Source of the DNA: Microcoleus sp.
GTDB taxonomy: Bacteria > Cyanobacteriota > Cyanobacteriia > Cyanobacteriales > Microcoleaceae
Reading direction: 5' to 3'
NCBI GenBank assembly: GCA_042408215.1
Contig: JAYFMW010000014.1
Coordinates: 1-64,000, forward strand
DNA: 64,000 nucleotides
In this document: piece after piece, positions 1 through 10,945 of the stretch
How the letters are laid out: each line of letters starts with the position of its first letter
Numbering within the stretch: position 1 is the stretch's first letter
Notes under the pieces: generated by a model
Told to the model about the DNA's origin: nothing
Database searches by the model: none
What the model saw: only the letters and a program-made list of their open reading frames with translations
Translations under genes and position numbers: made by a program

Positions 1-441
1 ATCAAAGAGTGAGGTATCCTGTTGTGGAAGTTCTGCTGTTTGTCCAGAGATAGGAATTACCTGTTCCGTCAATGTGTTCTCTGGCGATGGATTGGAAACT
101 AGGGAATTTTCCTTGGCTGGCTCAGATCCTGTGTCCTGATTTAGACTTAGATCTTGATTGAAATCTTCGGCTTTCTGCGTTGGTATTTCTTGGTTAGTAG
201 TGGTTGGGAGCAACACGCCGTTGAGGGAATTATCCCCAACATTTTCAGCGCTAATTACTGACTCTGGGAGTGCCTCTGCTTGTACATTTATTTGAGGCTC
301 GGTTTCCTCGCTGTTGGTTGGTGAAGCAGTTGGTTGTTCTGTAATTGGGGAATCGACTGCTTGGGCGATCGCAGCCGGCATCAGTCCACTACCTAAAACA
401 GTTAGCGTAACTACTAAAGTTTTGTAAACAAGTGTATTCAT
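1..441 (-). CDS. Secreted/exported protein, N-terminal part (runs off window start)
   Basis: ATG at 441. Read by eye as MNTLVYKTLVVTLTVLGSGLMPAAIAQA (signal-peptide-like), then an acidic S/T/E/P-rich linker open to base 1. Not in the ORF track. Confidence 0.6.
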   Translation of the reverse strand, partial: MNTLVYKTLVVTLTVLGSGLMPAAIAQAVDSPITEQPTASPTNSEETEPQINVQAEALPESVISAENVGDNSLNGVLLPTTTNQEIPTQKAEDFNQDLSLNQDTGSEPAKENSLVSNPSPENTLTEQVIPISGQTAELPQQDTSLFD

Positions 442-518
442 AGTTGATACTCACCCTCACATCTTCGTTTCAAAAACAATATCACACGTTCCCCACTCAC
501 TACTCACTAACTTTTTAT

Positions 519-2049
519 AAGAAATACCCTGAAAACCCTGTGACTTTAGTCCAGGGATGAAAGGGCGTTGCAGGATTTATCCTGCCTACTCTCAAAGAGG
601 TTCAATGTAACGCTTAACTGTTTCTGTACAGATATTCCCCGCAGTAGAGACCAAGTAGGTAGGTGTCCACAGGTAGGCAATTGCTGTATACTAAACCTAT
701 GACAACAAACTGTAAATTAAATGTACGCAGTACAAAAAGATGTTTGGCATTTAACTGGATTAGACAAAAATATAATTGAGCAACTCCTGAGATGGTCAAA
801 CAACCTGTTTAATGTCGGGACTTACGAGAGTCGGCAACGGTACTTTAAGGACAAAGGCGCAATCAAATATCCCGACCTGTACAAGATTGCCAAAACCCAC
901 GAAAATTACGGGTTGATTTACTCTCAAGTTGCTCAACAATCCTTAAAATCTGTTGCTGAATCTTTTAGCTATTTCCGAGCCTTAGAAAAGTTAGCCAAGA
1001 AAGGGGAACTTAATCAAAAACCGAGATTGCCAAAGTACAGAACTCCAGGCGGTATGTACCAGATTTCCTATCCGGGACAAGCCTTGAAAATAGTCGGCAA
1101 TCAGGTGAGACTGCCTCTAGGAAACAAAGGTAAAGAACACTTCGGGACAGATGCTCTCTGGATTCCCTTACCGGAAAGACTCAAAGATTGCCAGATTAAA
1201 GAACTCAGGTTAATTCCTAGGAATGGTAAGGTATGGGTCGAATACGTCCACAAATCTCTAACCGAGCAAGCCCCTAGTTGTAGTCTCGAAGTAACAGGGG
1301 TTTTGGGCATCGACCACGGCATCAACAACTGGTTAACTTGTGTTTCTAGTAATGGTAAACCTTTCCTCATTGATGGTCAAAAATTGAAGTCTTGGAACCA
1401 AGGGTTTAACAAAGAAAAGGCGCGAGTCCAATCGGAACACGCTCGACATAAATTACCCAAAGGTTTCTCATCGACCAGGCTGCAACAGTTGTCAGAAACT
1501 CGTGCAAGAAGAATGAGAGATGCTGTCAACAAAGCAGTTAGAGCCATCGTGGATTATTGCGAAAAGTCCCAAATTAATGTCATGGTTTTTGGCTGGAATA
1601 AAGGACAGAAGCAAGAAGTCAATATGGGGGGAGTGACTAACCAAAATTTTGTCCAAATACCCACAGCTAAAGTCAAGGAGAGACTACAAGAAGAATGCGA
1701 ATTAAGGGGATGGCGATTGGTCGAACAAGACGAATCCTACACATCAAAAGCTAGTTTTTTAGACCAAGATTTGTAGCCCGTGAAAGTCGGTGAAAAACCC
1801 GACAATTGGCAGCCATCGGGTAAGCGAATCAAGCGAGGTTTGTACCGTTCTAGCACTGGGTTGTTAATTAATGCAGACGTTAATGGTGCAGCTAATATCA
1901 TCCGCAAATCAAAAGTAGCCACAGACTCAATAATTCAGCGAGTGGGTAGGGGGTTGCTGACTAACCCTTTAAGAATTAAACTTTGGGTGGATTCATCCCC
2001 CAAAGTTTGTCCTTAAGAATCCCCGCGTCTTCAGACCGGGGAGTGTCAA
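519..2049 (+). mobile_element. IS200/IS605-family element carrying tnpB, no tnpA
   Basis: TTTAT then left end with hairpin CCCTGTGACTTTAGTCCAGGG. Right end AAGAATCCCCGCGTCTTCAGACCGGGGAGTGTCAA. Both ends recur at 10600-10898. Confidence 0.85.
721..2016 (+). pseudogene. tnpB: TnpB RNA-guided nuclease interrupted by one in-frame TAG (1774-1776)
   Basis: GIDHG, ESYTSKAS and INADVNGAANI motifs. ORFs 721..1776 and 1780..2016 are in the same frame. Confidence 0.85.
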
Positions 2050-2129
2050 TTCGTTGTTTGTTGTGAGCTAGAAATATCCAACCTTGATGTTTCATCAATA
2101 AAAAGTTAGCCCAAGAGATACAGCTTGCG

Positions 2130-2909
2130 ATGAAAAAAGTAATTTGGGGTTTTTGTCTAGTTTTAGCTTTACTTGTTTGGAGTGGTGATGCGAGTGCGGG
2201 GGTTTTGGGCGATCGCCTATCCAGTTTTCCCAATTGGGAAAGCAAACCTCCTGTATCTGTAGCCAAGGGAGATTTGGTTTATCCAGATTGGATGGCTGGA
2301 AATTGGGATGTTGCGAGCACTTTGGTGGATTTAGCAGCGCCTTTAGCCCCAAATATTGTCACTCCTGGCTTTGAGGGAAACCGACAGTATTTGCAGCAGC
2401 CAGTATTATTTAAAGTGCGGTTTCAACCTGAGAGAAATATTGGCTTATTTTTAAATTTCCAATCTAAGATAGCTCAGAAAATTGTAGCCGATCGCAGTTT
2501 TAATGGTTTCAATATCGCTAAGGCTTATTTGGGCGATCGGGCTGTACTTTCGGTGAAAGTCGATCCGAACAATCCCAACCGCCAAGTTACTTTTTTGAAA
2601 GGGGAACGACAACTGGTTTCAATTGTGACAGGCCGGGGAACTGAGACACCGCATCCTCGCCAGTTTGTATCTACAGAGATTTCTCAACAGGTGTTTCGGG
2701 GAGAGTCCAATATTTATTTAAATGAGGTGGAAACAACAACGAGTTATCGAGTTGTTGGAGGCGAGGAAAATAGCGATTCCGTCATTAGAAAGATTGAGGC
2801 GGATCAGGTGACAGCGATTTATTTGTCGCCACAAGACCCCGATTATTTTGCTGCTGGGGGGCATCCTGTGGCTTTGTACCGATATCGGTTGGAGTTGGTG
2901 CCGGCATAG
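2130..2909 (+). CDS. Conserved cyanobacterial hypothetical protein with signal peptide
   Basis: 259-aa ORF with a hydrophobic N-terminus ending ASA. Confidence 0.75.
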   Translation: MKKVIWGFCLVLALLVWSGDASAGVLGDRLSSFPNWESKPPVSVAKGDLVYPDWMAGNWDVASTLVDLAAPLAPNIVTPGFEGNRQYLQQPVLFKVRFQPERNIGLFLNFQSKIAQKIVADRSFNGFNIAKAYLGDRAVLSVKVDPNNPNRQVTFLKGERQLVSIVTGRGTETPHPRQFVSTEISQQVFRGESNIYLNEVETTTSYRVVGGEENSDSVIRKIEADQVTAIYLSPQDPDYFAAGGHPVALYRYRLELVPA

Positions 2910-2961
2910 TATTGTAAAACTTCATTAAAATTGTAAGCATCAATAGACAATGGTAGTATCA

Positions 2962-3075
2962 TATAGTCAGAAGGGTCGATTGATTAACGCCGATGTTAAC
3001 GGGTCTTACAATATTTTGAGAAAAGCAATCCCAAATGCGTTTAGCACTCTTGATAGAGAGCTGCGTAGTTCAGCT
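2962..3075 (+). pseudogene. 3' remnant of a tnpB gene
   Basis: Translates as GRLINADVNGSYNILRKAIPNAFS, the TnpB RuvC-III C-terminus. Confidence 0.65.
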
Positions 3076-3274
3076 TTAGAAGGGTTAATCCGCTCGAAGT
3101 GAAAGCGAAAGGGGAGGGACTCAACGCCTCCCATGGCACTGTAATAGATGACTATACTTTTACCAGCTATATAAGTTGCCATCTCGATCGACCTAGCAGC
3201 GATCGACGTGCCTAGAAACTTCCTTTGATAAGCTTTCCTGATAACCGTCATCAGTTTAACTGTCGCCAAACCCC

Positions 3275-3304
3275 TTTACAAACCAGAGTGATTACCGTAA
3301 TAAT
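3275..3304 (+). promoter_or_regulatory. Putative psbA promoter (duplicated at 4631-4660)
   Basis: TTTACA, 17-18 nt spacer, TAATAA/AATAAT, about 50 nt upstream of the ATG. Confidence 0.45.
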
Positions 3305-3352
3305 AGAGACATCATCCGAACATTGACAACCAAATACAGCAATCATAAACAA

Positions 3353-4436
<1,084 letters not shown>

Positions 4437-4452
4437 GTTTTAGCTTTTGATT

Positions 4453-4490
4453 AACAAAAAGCGCTCCTAGAAATAGGGGCGCTTTTTGTT
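4453..4490 (+). terminator. Rho-independent terminator of psbA copy 1
   Basis: AACAAAAAGCGCTCCTAGAAATAGGGGCGCTTTTTGTT hairpin with U-tract. Confidence 0.8.
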
Positions 4491-4708
4491 TGGGAAAAAA
4501 GATTTTTCTAACGTTCTTTGTGGCTGAGTTTCTTATTTATTTAAACTACGTTTCTTCAGACACAGCAAGCAATCCAACGTCCGATAACCAAAACTTATCA
4601 CCGTCATCAGTTTAACTGTCGCCAAACCCCTTTACAAACCAGAGTGATTACCGTAATAATAGAGACATCATCCGAACATTGACAACCAAATACAGCAATC
4701 ATAAACAA

Positions 4709-5791
4709 ATGACAACAACCTTACAACAACGCGAAAGCGCCAATGTCTGGGAACGCTTCTGCGAGTGGGTCACAAGCACAGACAACCGGATTTATATCGG
4801 TTGGTTCGGCGTCTTGATGATTCCTACCCTCTTAAGCGCCACCATCTGCTACATCGTCGCCTTCATTGGTGCACCTCCTGTAGACATCGACGGCATCCGC
4901 GAACCAGTGGCTGGTTCCTTGATGTTCGGTAACAACATCATCACAGGTGCTGTTGTTCCTTCTTCTAACGCGATCGGTCTTCACTTCTACCCAATCTGGG
5001 AAGCTGCTTCCCTCGATGAGTGGTTGTACAACGGCGGCCCTTACCAATTGGTAATTTTCCACTTCCTGATCGGTGTATTTTGCTACATGGGTCGTGAATG
5101 GGAACTGTCCTACCGCTTAGGAATGCGCCCTTGGATTTGCGTAGCCTACTCTGCACCAGTTGCAGCAGCTACCGCAGTATTCTTGATCTACCCGATCGGA
5201 CAAGGCTCATTCTCAGACGGTATGCCTTTGGGTATCTCCGGTACATTCAACTTCATGATCGTGTTCCAAGCTGAGCACAACATCCTGATGCACCCCTTCC
5301 ACATGTTGGGAGTTGCTGGTGTCTTCGGTGGTTCTTTGTTCTCCGCCATGCACGGTTCTTTGGTAACATCTTCCTTGGTTCGTGAAACAACCGAAACCGA
5401 ATCGCAAAACTACGGTTACAAATTCGGTCAAGAAGAAGAAACCTACAACATCGTTGCAGCCCACGGCTACTTCGGTCGTTTGATTTTCCAATACGCTTCT
5501 TTCAACAACAGCCGTTCTTTGCACTTCTTCTTGGGTGCATGGCCAGTTGTCGGTATCTGGTTCACAGCACTGGGTATCTCCACAATGGCTTTCAACTTGA
5601 ACGGTTTCAACTTCAACCAATCGATTATCGACTCTCAAGGTCGTGTCATCAACACTTGGGCTGATGTCATCAACCGCGCTAACTTGGGTATGGAAGTCAT
5701 GCACGAGCGCAATGCTCACAACTTCCCTCTCGACTTGGCCGCTGGTGAAACAACTCCTGTGGCTTTGGTTGCTCCTTCTATCAACGGCTAA
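4709..5791 (+). CDS. psbA: Photosystem II D1 protein, copy 2 (intact, Gln130 form)
   Basis: Full 360-aa D1 with PYQLVIFHF and the HNFPLDLA C-terminal extension. Confidence 0.98.
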   Translation: MTTTLQQRESANVWERFCEWVTSTDNRIYIGWFGVLMIPTLLSATICYIVAFIGAPPVDIDGIREPVAGSLMFGNNIITGAVVPSSNAIGLHFYPIWEAASLDEWLYNGGPYQLVIFHFLIGVFCYMGREWELSYRLGMRPWICVAYSAPVAAATAVFLIYPIGQGSFSDGMPLGISGTFNFMIVFQAEHNILMHPFHMLGVAGVFGGSLFSAMHGSLVTSSLVRETTETESQNYGYKFGQEEETYNIVAAHGYFGRLIFQYASFNNSRSLHFFLGAWPVVGIWFTALGISTMAFNLNGFNFNQSIIDSQGRVINTWADVINRANLGMEVMHERNAHNFPLDLAAGETTPVALVAPSING

Positions 5792-5807
5792 GTTTTAGCT
5801 TTTGATT

Positions 5808-5845
5808 AACAAAAAGCGCTCCTAGAAATAGGGGCGCTTTTTGTT
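5808..5845 (+). terminator. Rho-independent terminator of psbA copy 2
   Basis: Same hairpin as 4453-4490. Confidence 0.8.
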
Positions 5846-6081
5846 TGGGAAAAAAGATTTTTCTAACGTTCTTTGTTGCTGTTAACAAACTAAGTGATAT
5901 CAAGTCCGCTTGAGTAGTTGTCATTCTGAGTCCTGAGTCCTGAAGGAACTGAAGGAACTGAAGAATCTCGTCCGATGCAACGCGGTTACTATGTTGCGCT
6001 TGATTCTATGACAAGTAAGCGTTTTGAGTCAAGCGATCGCCCGGACATGATATGAGCAATGGCTAAAAAAACAGAATAGCC

Positions 6082-6116
6082 AGAACCCCGCAGCACTTAA
6101 AGTGCTGCGGGGTTCT
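6082..6116. terminator. Perfect hairpin, probable terminator downstream of fabF
   Basis: AGAACCCCGCAGCACT-TAA-AGTGCTGCGGGGTTCT between convergent genes. Confidence 0.6.
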
Positions 6117-6258
6117 AACGCGCGATCGGATTTTACGTTGAATTAGGTTGACCTACTTAATAGCCGATCGCCCAATCTAAAATTAATCTAAAAAATTAAA
6201 AGGTGAAAAATTCATTTTTCACCTTTTAACTCTCGACTCTCGACTCTCAAATTGTCTG

Positions 6259-7512
6259 TTACTGCACAAACTTCTTGAAGGCCAGCGTCACGTTGTGGCC
6301 GCCAAATCCAAAAGAATTAGACAGGGCTACATCAACTTTTAGATCGCGACTGTGATGCGGAACATAGTCCAAATCGCACTCTGGATCGGGATTTTCCAGA
6401 TTGATTGTCGGCGGGATTTTGTCGTTGGCGATCGCCATTACCGCAGCCACCGCCTCAATTCCCCCAGAACCGCCCAAAAGATGACCGGTCATTGACTTGG
6501 TAGAACTAATCGCCACTTTGTAAGCATGATCTCCCAAAGTCTTTTTAATCGCTTTCGTTTCCGTAGAATCGTTGGGAAGTGTACTCGTGCCGTGAGCATT
6601 GATATAGCTCACCAGATCCGGCGTCAAACCCGCATCCTTGAGCGCTAAAGCTATTGCCCGCGCCGCACCGTCCCCCCCCGGTACTGGGGAAGTCATGTGG
6701 TAGGCATCGCAAGTTAAGCCGTAGCCGACGATTTCTGCGTAGATCCGGGCTCCACGGGCGATCGCATATTCCATTTCTTCGAGAATCAGAATGCCAGCAC
6801 CTTCGCCCACCACAAAACCGTCGCGATCGCGATCGAACGGACGGCAAGCATGAGTCGGGTCATCATTGCGAGTCGAAAGCGCCCTCGCCGCAGCAAAACC
6901 CGCCACGCACAAAGGCGTCACCGCCGCTTCCGTACCGCCACAAATCATTGCTTGGGCGTAACCTCCCTGCACTAGGCGAAACGCATCGCCCACCGCATTT
7001 GACCCCGCAGCACAAGCCGTCACTGTACAAGAGTTCGGCCCCTTAGCGCCCGTTTGAATTGCTGTCAGGCCTGCCGCCATATTCGCAATCATCATCGGAA
7101 TCATAAACGGACTGCATCGTGAGGGGCCACGATTCAGATAAATCTCTTGCTGGTCTTCCAAAACCTTCAAGCCGCCAATACCAGTGCCCAGAATGACGCC
7201 GACCTGTTCTGCGTTCAGGTCGTTAATCTCAAACTTGGCATCAGCCAGAGCCTGTTTGCTAGCTGACACCCCAAACTGAGCAAAGCGATCCATCCGCTTT
7301 GCCTCTTTGCGCTCTAAATAGTCGTGTGGGTCGTAACCCTTCACCTCTCCGGCAATGCGACAGTCGTGTCGCGACGGGTCGAATAAGGTGATCGGGCCTA
7401 TACCATTCTTCCCGGCAAGCAACCCGTCCCAATATTCGGATAAGGTATTACCGATCGGTGTAATCGCGCCGAGACCAGTAATAACAACGCGCTTACGCTC
7501 TAAATTTGTCAT
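6259..7512 (-). CDS. fabF: 3-oxoacyl-ACP synthase II
   Basis: TACAAG, NAHGTST and SNSFGFGGHN motifs; adjacent to acpP. Confidence 0.97.
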   Translation of the reverse strand: MTNLERKRVVITGLGAITPIGNTLSEYWDGLLAGKNGIGPITLFDPSRHDCRIAGEVKGYDPHDYLERKEAKRMDRFAQFGVSASKQALADAKFEINDLNAEQVGVILGTGIGGLKVLEDQQEIYLNRGPSRCSPFMIPMMIANMAAGLTAIQTGAKGPNSCTVTACAAGSNAVGDAFRLVQGGYAQAMICGGTEAAVTPLCVAGFAAARALSTRNDDPTHACRPFDRDRDGFVVGEGAGILILEEMEYAIARGARIYAEIVGYGLTCDAYHMTSPVPGGDGAARAIALALKDAGLTPDLVSYINAHGTSTLPNDSTETKAIKKTLGDHAYKVAISSTKSMTGHLLGGSGGIEAVAAVMAIANDKIPPTINLENPDPECDLDYVPHHSRDLKVDVALSNSFGFGGHNVTLAFKKFVQ

Positions 7513-7615
7513 GATTTCAAGTTAAACCAAAAAAGTTAAACACCCAGAACGCAGAACATGCATTGGAGTTTTCAGTTTTCTAACTTCTCTCCAAGACGGG
7601 GAAAAGGCAGGTATT

Positions 7616-7870
7616 TTATGCTTTTGGAGCTGCAAGTTGGCTGCTGATGAAATCTACAGAGGCTTGAACCGTGGTAATTTTTTCGGCTGCTTCGTCTGGA
7701 ATTTCAATATCAAACTCTTCTTCCAAGGCCATGACCAACTCTACTGTATCTAAGGAGTCTGCTCCTAAGTCGTTAGCAAAGTTGGCTTCGGGCTTGACTG
7801 CATCCTCATCGACTTCCAGTTGCTCTATCACGATTTTCTTGACTCTATCAAAAATGTTGCCTTGGCTCAT
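7616..7870 (-). CDS. acpP: Acyl carrier protein
   Basis: [19 protein letters not shown]. Confidence 0.97.
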   Translation of the reverse strand: MSQGNIFDRVKKIVIEQLEVDEDAVKPEANFANDLGADSLDTVELVMALEEEFDIEIPDEAAEKITTVQASVDFISSQLAAPKA

Positions 7871-7958
7871 AACATCCTGTCCTTATTGGTTGCTGCGTAT
7901 CTAATCTTATCCGAAAGGGGGATCTTCGGGAAAAAGGCTTGCCGCTTTTCTAATTGAC

Positions 7959-8144
7959 CAAAAAACTGGGATACAAGCCCCGTCATAAGCTTGACGGCTT
8001 TTTGCTAGAATACAGATAGTCGCCTCGCGGGCATTGGGAGACTCGCTTCACGGACGTGGAGCGACGGTAAGACTACCGCTTGCGGAGCGCGTTGCTATGA
8101 AGCGTCAAGGAATCCCCGCACCTTTAGGTCGGGGAGTATGTCAA
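7959..8144 (+). mobile_element. Non-autonomous IS200/IS605 mini-element (left end + omega-RNA-like right end)
   Basis: TTGAC|CAAAAAACTGGGATACAAGCCCCGTCATAAGCTTGACGGCTTT ... GAATCCCCGCACCTTTAGGTCGGGGAGTATGTCAA; homologous to 9651-9939. Confidence 0.75.
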
Positions 8145-8667
8145 AATTAGCCACTAGCTAAGGGGCTTAAAGCAGTAGCCGAAATATCTAGGTTTACCGA
8201 GGATAAGTCCGATCTAATTCTCGGTATTTTTGCTCTTAGGGCAGATGTTGGAGAATTAACGTATAATTTGAGTACGCTGGATTAATGCGGGTTGTTACGG
8301 CTCTTACGGCGTGAAAGCCGTAAAACACCTAGCACAAATTAATCACCCAACTACAACTGAATAACTTACCCCCTCAAGGTCGCAAACTTTAACTAGGGAA
8401 TCGTGGTCATGCTTAAAGTTGAGCGCAAGCGGAGCAATAAGCAAGCAGTAATGCACTACTTTTTACCTTGAGGAAGTTATACCGTGGACTTGGACTTCTG
8501 TTGCATCTTGTTCTTCAAGAAGAGATTTACATAGGTTTTTAGAAGCGGTTACGCTAATTATGGAGAGGAAAACACAGCGGAAAGCATCCCAACTTCGTTA
8601 GCGCAGCCCTCGAAGAGGATCGCTCTCCTGTCTTGTCCCTTGCCTTTTCTCCCCAGCAGAAACGACC

Positions 8668-9573
8668 ATGCCATCCCAAAATCTCAGATATGCTTACTTT
8701 CCCGGTTGCGTGGCCCAAGGGGCCGCCCGTGAACTTTACCTGTCTACCCAAGCACTGACTCAAGCCTTGGGCATTGAACTGGTGGAACTCAAAAAAGCTT
8801 CTTGCTGCGGTTCTGGCACTTTTAAGGAAGATTCGCAGTTGCTCGAAGATACTGTCAATGCTCGCAATATTGCTTTGGCTGAGGAATTGAATCTGCCTTT
8901 ACTCACACATTGCAGCACTTGTCAAGGGGTCATCGGTCATGTGGACGATCGCCTCAAGGATTGCCAAAAAACCGATCCCAACTACATAGAAAAAGTCAAC
9001 GGTTTACTGGAAAAACAAGGCTGTTCGCCTTATCAGGGCAGTACCGAAGTGAAACATCTCCTGTGGGCGATCGTTGCCGATTACGGTTTGGAGGAAGTTC
9101 AAAAGCGAGTTACCCGCAAGCTTTCCGGTTTGAAGTGCGCGGCTTTTTACGGGTGCTATCTCCTGCGAACTCAGGAGCATTTGGTCTACGATGACCCGCA
9201 CCAGCCGGAATCTATGGAAAATGTGTTTCGGGCGATCGGGGCAACTCCGGTTTATTATCGAGGACGGACGCAGTGCTGTGGCTGGCCCCTTTCGAGTTAT
9301 GCCACTAACCAATCTTTTCAGATGGCGGGCAAACATCTTGTAGATGCTCTTGACAATGGTGCTGATTGTATGGTAACGCCTTGTCCTCTGTGTCACTTGA
9401 ATTTGGATTCGCGACAGCCGGAGGTGGAGGGAGTAATTGGGCGTAAGTTGGGTTTGCCGGTGTTGCATTTACCGCAATTGGTGGCTTTGGCTTTGGGTGT
9501 TGATCCGAAAAAACTGGGACTCGAACGACATATTGTTTCCACAAAGCCCCTGTTGGAAAAGTTAGGCTTTTAG
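8668..9573 (+). CDS. Heterodisulfide reductase subunit B-like (CCG-domain) protein
   Basis: YFPGC, two CCG motifs, CSTC and TPCPLC. Confidence 0.9.
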   Translation: MPSQNLRYAYFPGCVAQGAARELYLSTQALTQALGIELVELKKASCCGSGTFKEDSQLLEDTVNARNIALAEELNLPLLTHCSTCQGVIGHVDDRLKDCQKTDPNYIEKVNGLLEKQGCSPYQGSTEVKHLLWAIVADYGLEEVQKRVTRKLSGLKCAAFYGCYLLRTQEHLVYDDPHQPESMENVFRAIGATPVYYRGRTQCCGWPLSSYATNQSFQMAGKHLVDALDNGADCMVTPCPLCHLNLDSRQPEVEGVIGRKLGLPVLHLPQLVALALGVDPKKLGLERHIVSTKPLLEKLGF

Positions 9574-9650
9574 GAGGATTTCGGAATGATTTAACCGCAG
9601 AGATCGCAGAGAACACAGAGGAAGAGATCTCAGAGATGAATAATTCTGAC

Positions 9651-9939
9651 CAAGGAACTGGGATACAAGCCCCGTCATAAGCTTGACGGCTTTGTGCGAT
9701 CGTATTCAGATACTCAGAGGATCTCTAGGCTCAAGACACGTTGAAACAGCTACGATGAGAGCAAACTTAGGGACAGCCAAAAGGGCAATGGTTAACTCCA
9801 ACCCGGAAGCAAGAGTACAAAGTCGCCCTAGGGCATTGGGAGACTTTAAACGGACAAGGAGGGAAGGTCAGACTACTTCGGTAGCACGTCCCGATGAACT
9901 GTCAAGAATCACTGCACTTTAGGGCAGTGAGTATGTCAA
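9651..9939 (+). mobile_element. Non-autonomous IS200/IS605 mini-element
   Basis: CTGAC|CAAGGAACTGGGATACAAGCCCCGTCATAAGCTTGACGGCTTT ... AAGAATCACTGCACTTTAGGGCAGTGAGTATGTCAA. Confidence 0.75.
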
Positions 9940-10033
9940 AGGGCTGTATTTGTCAAAAACCAACTTCAGGGCGATCGACTGTGAAGTTTTGTCGCTTTTT
10001 GGCTAAGTGCTTCCAGCCACTGCGGTAGACTAA

Positions 10034-10381
<348 letters not shown>

Positions 10382-10599
10382 AATTCGATCGACAGGCGAT
10401 CGAATTACAGACAGACGAGAGGGGGCGATTACATTGCTCCCTCTCTTTTGCTGCGGCATCTGCATTCTGCGACACTCAGAAGCTAAAAATCCTAGAACTT
10501 GCCCTCAAAAAACCGTTTTCTGCCTAAAATAGTCTGTTGAGTCGCCAAAGGCAAACCCAGAAACCGGGTTTTTGGCATATAGTGCATAAGTCCTGAATA

Positions 10600-10898
10600 T
10601 TGACACTTCCCGGTCTAAAGACACGGGGATTCTTAAGGACAAACTTTGGGGGATGAATCCACCCAAATCTTGATTCTTAAAGGGTTTGTCAATAACCCAC
10701 TACCCACTCGCCCATTGCTGAGTCTATGGCTACTTGTGGTAGGCATTTGCTGGTATAGACCTGCGTCTGTGTATCCATCCCACATTTTTCTGGTAACAGA
10801 ATGTGGTTTGTGTCTTGCATAAAGAGGGCTGGCTGGATCAATCCTGCAACGCCCTTTCATCCCTGGACTAAAGTCACAGGGTTTTCAGGGTATTCTTT
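10600..10898 (-). mobile_element. Internally deleted derivative of the 519-2049 tnpB element
   Basis: Same left end after TTTAT. Keeps the last ~25 tnpB codons (LLTNPLRIKIWVDSSPKVCP*) and the right end ...GTGTCAA. Confidence 0.85.
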
Positions 10899-10945
10899 AT
10901 AAAACTTAGATTTATTACGATCGCGAAGCAGGAGTAGTACCTTAA

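Noticed and set aside
1774..1776. Programmed read-through or pyrrolysine at the tnpB TAG
   Set aside because: No supporting signal; a simple nonsense mutation or base error is more parsimonious.
10600..10945. glmS ribozyme upstream of glmS
   Set aside because: The region is explained by the mini-IS and no ribozyme core was recognised.
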